DNA of 41,948 nucleotides, from NCBI GenBank assembly GCA_964548865.1, contig CAZJTG010000004.1:1-41948 (forward strand), given 5' to 3'. A model generated the notes under the pieces. That model saw only the letters and a program-made list of their open reading frames with translations. It did no database searches and was not told the DNA's origin. Position numbers and translations under genes: made by a program. Position 1 is the first letter of the stretch; each line of letters opens with the position of its first letter. Source of the DNA: an uncultured Solibacteraceae bacterium. GTDB taxonomy: Bacteria > Acidobacteriota > Vicinamibacteria > Vicinamibacterales > SCN-69-37. Below, piece after piece: positions 37,152 to 41,948 of the stretch.

Positions 37152-37154
37152 GCG

Positions 37155-37179
37155 CCGCCTTCTTAACGCTTGAAGGCGG
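37155..37179 (+). promoter_or_regulatory. RNA hairpin just after the giant ORF stop, with no U-tract
   Basis: CCGCCTTC (37155-37162) pairs with GAAGGCGG (37172-37179) around a 9-nt loop. It is followed by a G-run rather than a T-run, so it is not a classical terminator. It could be a stability, processing or partial-attenuation element. Confidence 0.3.
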
Positions 37180-37205
37180 GGGGGAGGACTCGCTAGAATC
37201 CCCAC

Positions 37206-38189
37206 GTGACGATGCGACCGCTTCTAGCGGCCTCCTTCCTATTAGTATCCAGCCCGCTCTTCGTCCGCGCCGCGGGCCCGGACGTCCTGGGCGCCGCGCT
37301 CTCCGCGTCCAAATCCTCCGACGCGCGAACGCGTCAGAAGGCGGCGGAGGATCTCGGCTCCACCCGCGATCCCAAGGCCGTGCCCGCTTTGGCGGGCCTT
37401 CTCGGCGATTCCAATCCCTACGTGCGCCAGTCCGCGGCGACCGCGCTCGTGTTCATTCCCGACGCCTCGGCGACCGTGCCCCTGCTGGGCGCCCTGAAGG
37501 ATCCGGCGGCTCCGGTGCGTCATGCGGCGATGCGCGGGCTGGGCAAGCTGCGCGCGCCGGCGGCGGTCGGGCCGCTGTCCGACGCCCTGTCCGCGCCGGA
37601 TCCGGCGGAGCGCAAGGTCGCCGCGGCGGCCTTGGGAGAGATCGGCGCCCGCGCGGCGGCTCCGGCCCTCACCGGGGCGCTGCGAGACGCCGACGCGGGC
37701 GTGCGCGGCGAGGCGGCGCGTTCGCTCGGCCTCCTCGGCGACCCGGCCTCCGGCCCGGCGCTGACGGCCGCGCTCAAGGATTCCGATTCCGGCGTGCGCG
37801 TTCAGGCGGGGGCGGCCCTGGCCAAGGTCGGAGACCGGAGCGGCCTGCCCGCCGCGATCACCGCGCTCAAGAGCGCCGATTTCTCCTCCCGCCAGCAGGC
37901 GGCCTCGACCATCGGCTTGGTCGGCGACGCGCCCGCGTTGACCGCCCTCGAGGGCGCCCTGAAGACCGAAAAAGACGCCAACACCAAGGGCGTGATGGAG
38001 TTCGCGCGCGCCCAGTTGCGCGCGCGTCTCGGAGTCAAGGACCCGCCCCCGTCGAAGTCGCCGGCTCCCAGGAAGACCGCTCCGAAGGCGCCCGCCGTGC
38101 CCAAACCCAATCCTAAGCCCGTCCCCGCGCGGATGTCCGCTCCGGCGAAGACTCCGGCCTCGGCGCCGGTGAAAAAGGTGAAGAAATGA
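37206..38189 (+). CDS. secreted HEAT-repeat (PBS-lyase HEAT-like) protein with a Pro/Lys/Ala-rich C-terminal tail
   Basis: The start is GTG 37206 or ATG 37212. The signal peptide reads MRPLLAASFLLVSSPLFVRAAG. About 6-7 HEAT-like units match the pattern LxDxxxxVRxxAAxALGxhGDxxAxxxL: DSNPYVRQSAATAL, DPAAPVRHAAMRGLG, DPAERKVAAAALGEIG, DADAGVRGEAARSLG, DSDSGVRVQAGAALA and ADFSSRQQAASTIG. The tail is PPPSKSPAPRKTAPKAPAVPKPNPKPVPA...KKVKK. Confidence 0.85.
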   Translation: MTMRPLLAASFLLVSSPLFVRAAGPDVLGAALSASKSSDARTRQKAAEDLGSTRDPKAVPALAGLLGDSNPYVRQSAATALVFIPDASATVPLLGALKDPAAPVRHAAMRGLGKLRAPAAVGPLSDALSAPDPAERKVAAAALGEIGARAAAPALTGALRDADAGVRGEAARSLGLLGDPASGPALTAALKDSDSGVRVQAGAALAKVGDRSGLPAAITALKSADFSSRQQAASTIGLVGDAPALTALEGALKTEKDANTKGVMEFARAQLRARLGVKDPPPSKSPAPRKTAPKAPAVPKPNPKPVPARMSAPAKTPASAPVKKVKK

Positions 38190-40258
38190 ATCTGACCGGC
38201 AAATCGTTCCCGAAAGTCTTCACGTGGGTCTTCATGGCGCTGGCCGCGGTCGCTTACTTCCCCAGCCTGATCGGGGTGTTCCAGGAGGGGCTGTTCTCTC
38301 CGATCGAGAGCGTGTGGCACGACGCGACCTTCCGCATCCGGGAGAAATCCCTGCCCGCCGGCGATCCCCGCCTGATTCTCGCCGCGGTCGACGACGACAC
38401 CGTCCGCAAGCTCGGCTTCCCGCTCCCGCGCAAGGTGTACGCGGACGCGCTCAACAGGCTGCGCGAGTACGGCGTCAAGACGGTGGTCTTCGACGTCCTT
38501 TTCCTCGAGCCGCGCGAGGGCGACGCCGAGCTGGCGGCGGCGACCAAGAGGCACGGACGCGTCATCCATCTCTACGTGTCGATCCATCACGAAGGAGCCG
38601 AGAAGGCGGACCTGCAGCTCGCCGTCAAGCCGCTGCGGGACGCGTCCCAGTACCTCGGCACCCCGAGCATCGCCGAGCACCTCGACGGCGACGGCCACAT
38701 CCGGACGTTCAACCTGTTCAAGCCGGATTCCGAGGATCCCACGCGCAAAGGCCAGCCCGCGGCCTCCTTGGCCGCGGCCGCGGTGGCGAGCTTCACGGGC
38801 AAGTCGATCGAGGACGTCCTCAAGGAACACCCCGCCGACCGCATCCCGATCCCGGTCATCAATTTCCGCCGGCCCGTCGATTGGAAGCGCCACGAGGCCG
38901 CGGGGACCGCGGACATCTACACCTCGCCGTACCGGACGATCTCCATCATGGACATCGTCGCCGGCAAGCTGACGAAGGAGCAGAAGGAGGCGCTGAAGGG
39001 ATCGATGGTGATGGTCGGCTCCATCAGCACCGGCTACTTCGATCATTATCCCGGTCCCTTCATCGCGCACACCCCGGGCCCCGAGTTCCACCTCACGATC
39101 ATCGACAACGTCCTCAACGGGGACCCGTTGCAGGCGACCGACCGCCTGTTCGTGCTGCTCATGGTCATGCTCGCCGCTTGGATCCCGTATCACCTGCTCA
39201 AGCGGCTCTCGCCGGCCTGGTCGGCGGTCGCCACGGCGGCGATTCTCGCGGGCCTGTACTACGGCTCGCTCAAGCTCATGGCCGGCGGCACGATGATCTA
39301 CCCCGTCGCCCCGGGCCTGACGCTGTTCATGGCGTTCGTCGTGCTCACGGTCCACCGCGTGCTCACCGAGGGCGCGGAGAAGCAGCTGATCAAGGCCAAG
39401 TTCGGCCAGTTCGTCGCGCCGGAGATCGTCGAGCAGCTCGCGAACGATCCCGAGACGGCCAAGCTCGGCGCGCAGAAGCGCGAGATGACGGTGTTCTTCC
39501 TCGACATCGCCCACTTCACGACCATCTCCGAGAAGCTGGACGCCGAGGCGCTGATCGCCTTCCTGAACAAGTACCTGTCGGCGTTGTCGACGGTCATCCT
39601 CGACCGGCGCGGCACGATCGACAAGTACATCGGCGACTGCGTCATGGCGTTCTGGAACGCGCCGCTCGAGAACAAGAACCACGCGGCCGACGCGATCTCC
39701 TCCGCGCTGGAGTGCCAGCGCGCGATCGCGAAGCTCAACGAGAACCTCGACAAGAACCTGCCGATGACGCCGGCGGTGCGCATCGGCATCAACACCGGTG
39801 CGATGGCCGTGGGCTTCACCGGAACCGAGAAGAAGCTGGCCTACACGGTCCTCGGCGACGAGGTCAACCTGGCCTCGCGCCTGGAGGGCGCCAACAAGTT
39901 CTTCGGCTCGAAGATCATCGTCAGCGGCGCGACGTTCGAGGCGGCGGGCGGCGGCTTCGAAGCCCGCTACTTGGGCCAGGCCCGCGTGGTCGGCAAGGAG
40001 ACTCCGGTCCCGGTGTACGAGCCGCTGGCCGAGAAGGGCCGGCTCGACGCCGCCTGGTCCAAGGCCCTGCCGGTCTGGGAGCGCGGCATCAAGGCATTCT
40101 ACGCTCGTAAATACGAGGAGGCCCTGCCCGCGTTCGAGGAATTCGCGAAGCTGATGCCGGGCGACGGGCCGGGAGAGCTGTACCTCGGCCAGTCGCGCGA
40201 CTACGCGGCCCTGCCGCCCGAAGACTGGGACCAGGTCTTCAACCTCACGGCGAAATAA
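38186..40258 (+). CDS. CHASE2 sensor-domain class III adenylate/guanylate cyclase (probably an adenylate cyclase)
   Basis: The start overlaps the upstream stop (ATGA). The order of elements is:
- an N-terminal TM segment
- a CHASE2-like periplasmic region (ILAAVDDDTVRKLGFPLPRKVYADALNRLREYGVKTVVFDVLFLEP)
- three TM segments
- a class III cyclase catalytic core
- a TPR-like C-terminal helix pair

The catalytic core reads MTVFFLDIAHFTTISE...GTIDKYIGDCVMAFWNAP...VRIGINTGAMAVG...YTVLGDEVNLASRLEG. Confidence 0.9.
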   Translation: MNLTGKSFPKVFTWVFMALAAVAYFPSLIGVFQEGLFSPIESVWHDATFRIREKSLPAGDPRLILAAVDDDTVRKLGFPLPRKVYADALNRLREYGVKTVVFDVLFLEPREGDAELAAATKRHGRVIHLYVSIHHEGAEKADLQLAVKPLRDASQYLGTPSIAEHLDGDGHIRTFNLFKPDSEDPTRKGQPAASLAAAAVASFTGKSIEDVLKEHPADRIPIPVINFRRPVDWKRHEAAGTADIYTSPYRTISIMDIVAGKLTKEQKEALKGSMVMVGSISTGYFDHYPGPFIAHTPGPEFHLTIIDNVLNGDPLQATDRLFVLLMVMLAAWIPYHLLKRLSPAWSAVATAAILAGLYYGSLKLMAGGTMIYPVAPGLTLFMAFVVLTVHRVLTEGAEKQLIKAKFGQFVAPEIVEQLANDPETAKLGAQKREMTVFFLDIAHFTTISEKLDAEALIAFLNKYLSALSTVILDRRGTIDKYIGDCVMAFWNAPLENKNHAADAISSALECQRAIAKLNENLDKNLPMTPAVRIGINTGAMAVGFTGTEKKLAYTVLGDEVNLASRLEGANKFFGSKIIVSGATFEAAGGGFEARYLGQARVVGKETPVPVYEPLAEKGRLDAAWSKALPVWERGIKAFYARKYEEALPAFEEFAKLMPGDGPGELYLGQSRDYAALPPEDWDQVFNLTAK

Positions 40259-40259
40259 C

Positions 40260-40976
40260 ATGCATATCTTCTGGCGGCTGATGTTCGGGCATCTCCTCTG
40301 CGACTTCACGCTGCAGACGAATTTCATCAACCGCTGGAAGCGCGAGAGCCAGTGGGGCCTGCTCGCGCACTGCGCCATGCACCCGGCCGCCTACCTGATC
40401 CTGTGCTGGCCCTTTCTCGGCGACTACTGGATCGAGAACGCGCTGTTCCGCTTGGACGGCTGGTCCTGCATCGCGATCATCTTCGTCACGCATTACCTCG
40501 AGGACTGGTGGCGGGTGTTCACGATCTTCAAATACGGCATGCCCGACAACACCCTCTTCTTCGCCTGGGACCAGGTCATCCATTACGCGGTGATCTTTTC
40601 GGTCGCCCCGCTGGCGGCCGTCTCCACCGCGGCCACGAGCTACTTTCCCGAGAAGTGGCCCGTGCTCGGCTGTCTGTTCGTGCTGGCCACCCACGCGTGC
40701 ACGGTGCTGATCTACTTCCTCGAGAAGGACCTCCACGGAGCCGACTATCCCGGAGACGACGAGAAGCACCTCGCCATGGCCGAGCGGCTGGTCCTCGCGC
40801 TGTGCTTCCTGTTCCCGGGCGCGCTCGGCGCGGGCCTGCTCGCCGCGGGCTGGCTCGGAGTGATGTTCTTCCTGCGCCGCCGCCGTCTGTTCGACCTGAC
40901 CGCTTTCACGTTCTACACCGGCGCCACCGTCGCCGTCCTGTGCGGCCTCGCGGGCCGCGCGGTCTACTACTCCTAA
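40260..40976 (+). CDS. DUF3307-like polytopic membrane protein
   Basis: The ATG lies 1 nt after the cyclase stop. The N-terminus, FGHLLCDFTLQTNFINRWK, resembles the conserved HxxxDFxLQ start of DUF3307. There are several hydrophobic segments and an HYLEDWW motif. The coding call is good; the family name comes from memory only. Confidence 0.65.
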   Translation: MHIFWRLMFGHLLCDFTLQTNFINRWKRESQWGLLAHCAMHPAAYLILCWPFLGDYWIENALFRLDGWSCIAIIFVTHYLEDWWRVFTIFKYGMPDNTLFFAWDQVIHYAVIFSVAPLAAVSTAATSYFPEKWPVLGCLFVLATHACTVLIYFLEKDLHGADYPGDDEKHLAMAERLVLALCFLFPGALGAGLLAAGWLGVMFFLRRRRLFDLTAFTFYTGATVAVLCGLAGRAVYYS

Positions 40977-40988
40977 GGAGCCTTCGAC

Positions 40989-41948
40989 ATGAGCGACATC
41001 CTCATCCTTTCCGGATCCCGGACGCCCATCGGGTCCATCAACGGGACCTTGGCGAACTACACCGCGCCGCAGCTGGCCGCGAAGGCCTCCGCCGACGCGC
41101 TCGCCAAGGCCGGCGTGGCGGCCTCCGATCTCGGCGAGGTCGTCCTGGGCTGCGTGATCCCGGCCGGCATCGGCCAGGCGCCGGCGCGCCAGGCCGCGAT
41201 CGCCGCCGGCATCCCCGTCTCGGTCGGCGCGACCACGGTCAACAAAGTCTGCGGCTCGGGCATGAAGGCCGTCATGATGGCCGCGCAGGGCATCGGGCTG
41301 GGCGAGCAGGACCTCGCGCTCGCCGGCGGCATGGAGTCGATGTCGAAGGCGCCCTACCTCCTCGACAAGGCCCGCTCCGGCTACCGATACGGCGATGCCA
41401 AGCTGATGGACTCGATCCTGCGCGACGGCCTGATGGACCCCTACGACAACGTGCACATGGGCGACTGCGGCGAGTTGTGCGCCAAGGAGCATCAGCTCAC
41501 GCGCGAGATGCAGGACGCCTGGGCGGTCCGCTCCTACCAGAACGCGCTCGACGCGCAGGCCAAGGGTTATTTCAAGAACGAGATCGTCGGCATCGACGGC
41601 ATCGAGGTCGACGAGGAGCCCGGCCGCGCCAAACTCGACAAGATGGCCAAGCTGCGCCCGGCCTTCCAGAAGGACGGCACGATCACCGCCGCCAACGCCT
41701 CCAAGCTCAACGACGGCGCCGCCGCCCTCGTCCTGGCCTCCGCCAAGGGCGCGGCCGGCCGGAAGCCCTTGGCCCGCATCGCGGGCTGGGCCACGCACTC
41801 CCAGGAGCCGAAGTGGTTCACGACGGCGCCCGCCGGCGCGGTCGAGAAGGTCCTCAAGAAGACCGGCTGGCCGAAGGATTCCGTCGACCTGTTCGAGGTC
41901 AACGAGGCCTTCGCGGTCGTCTCGCTCGCGGTGGCTAAGCTCGCCGGC
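40989..41948 (+). CDS. acetyl-CoA C-acetyltransferase (thiolase II), 5' part running off the window
   Basis: This ORF is absent from the ORF track because it has no stop in the window. AAGGAG (40975-40980) lies 8 nt before the ATG at 40989, and 320 codons are open to the end. My translation reads MSDILILSGSRTPIGSINGTL...GQAPARQAAIAAGIP..TTVNKVCGSGMKAVMMAAQ (active-site Cys motif)...GGMESMS...NASKLNDGAAALVL...FEVNEAFA. Confidence 0.92.
   Translation, partial: MSDILILSGSRTPIGSINGTLANYTAPQLAAKASADALAKAGVAASDLGEVVLGCVIPAGIGQAPARQAAIAAGIPVSVGATTVNKVCGSGMKAVMMAAQGIGLGEQDLALAGGMESMSKAPYLLDKARSGYRYGDAKLMDSILRDGLMDPYDNVHMGDCGELCAKEHQLTREMQDAWAVRSYQNALDAQAKGYFKNEIVGIDGIEVDEEPGRAKLDKMAKLRPAFQKDGTITAANASKLNDGAAALVLASAKGAAGRKPLARIAGWATHSQEPKWFTTAPAGAVEKVLKKTGWPKDSVDLFEVNEAFAVVSLAVAKLAG

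Noticed and set aside
22635-37205. Further long - strand ORFs (22635..27203, 1,522 aa; 27315..37205, 3,296 aa), antisense to the giant gene.
   Set aside because: They show the same shadow-frame artefact: junk-like RGDAV composition and complete overlap with a frame that has clear domain content.
6194-38116. Long + strand ORFs in alternative frames: 6194..10225, 10328..12760, 13292..22480 (3,062 aa), 22622..33091 (3,489 aa) and 34442..38116.
   Set aside because: These are out-of-frame readings of the giant gene. Their composition is Arg/Pro/Gly/Ala-rich and low-complexity. They have no start context and are fully embedded in the well-supported frame.
37802-41938. An 858-aa - strand ORF (37802..40378), a 517-aa - strand ORF (40245..41798) and + strand alternative-frame ORFs (38224..40110, 40352..41938).
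   Set aside because: They overlap genes with unmistakable motifs (CHASE2/class III cyclase, thiolase VNKVCGSG). Their own translations are Arg/Gly/Asp-rich junk.

Overview
This is a GC-rich bacterial window (codon third positions are almost all G/C), and every credible gene is on the + strand.

**Housekeeping start.** It opens with the 3' end of an unidentified CDS, followed by purA, which ends in a strong intrinsic terminator.

**Regulatory intergenic region.** A lower-GC region of about 390 nt follows. It carries a near-consensus sigma70-type promoter (TTGACA-16 nt-TATACT) whose -35 box sits inside an 8-bp inverted repeat. Just downstream is a leader that matches the c-di-GMP-I (GEMM-I) riboswitch aptamer block by block.

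**Main gene string.** Behind the leader is a tightly packed co-directional set of genes:
- a small protein with a signal peptide and a C-terminal TM anchor
- a secreted HEAT-repeat protein
- one uninterrupted 33.8-kb ORF (3330..37151, 11,273 aa, about four fifths of the window)
- a second secreted HEAT-repeat protein
- a CHASE2-sensor class III nucleotidyl cyclase
- a DUF3307-like membrane protein
- the 5' part of a thiolase

**Giant protein layout.** It is a modular secreted or surface protein made of these parts, in order:
- a signal peptide
- a non-repeat head of about 470 aa
- two IPT/TIG-like domains
- about 45 divergent Ig-like modules
- about 17 invasin/Big_1-like modules
- 8 larger modules with calcium-loop-like DxNxNGxxD motifs
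- a Cys-rich / DVNGDGVPD segment
- an FN3 domain
- a FlgD-Ig / T9SS-type C-terminal domain

**Most interesting hypothesis.** The giant protein, its two HEAT-repeat partners and the sensor cyclase may form one locus gated by the c-di-GMP riboswitch.

**Not found or rejected.** I saw no rRNA, tRNA, CRISPR array or mobile element. The many very long ORFs in other frames and on the - strand, including a 6,398-aa antisense ORF, are stop-poor artefacts of the GC-rich coding sequence. All domain names come from motif recognition by eye and need profile searches to confirm.
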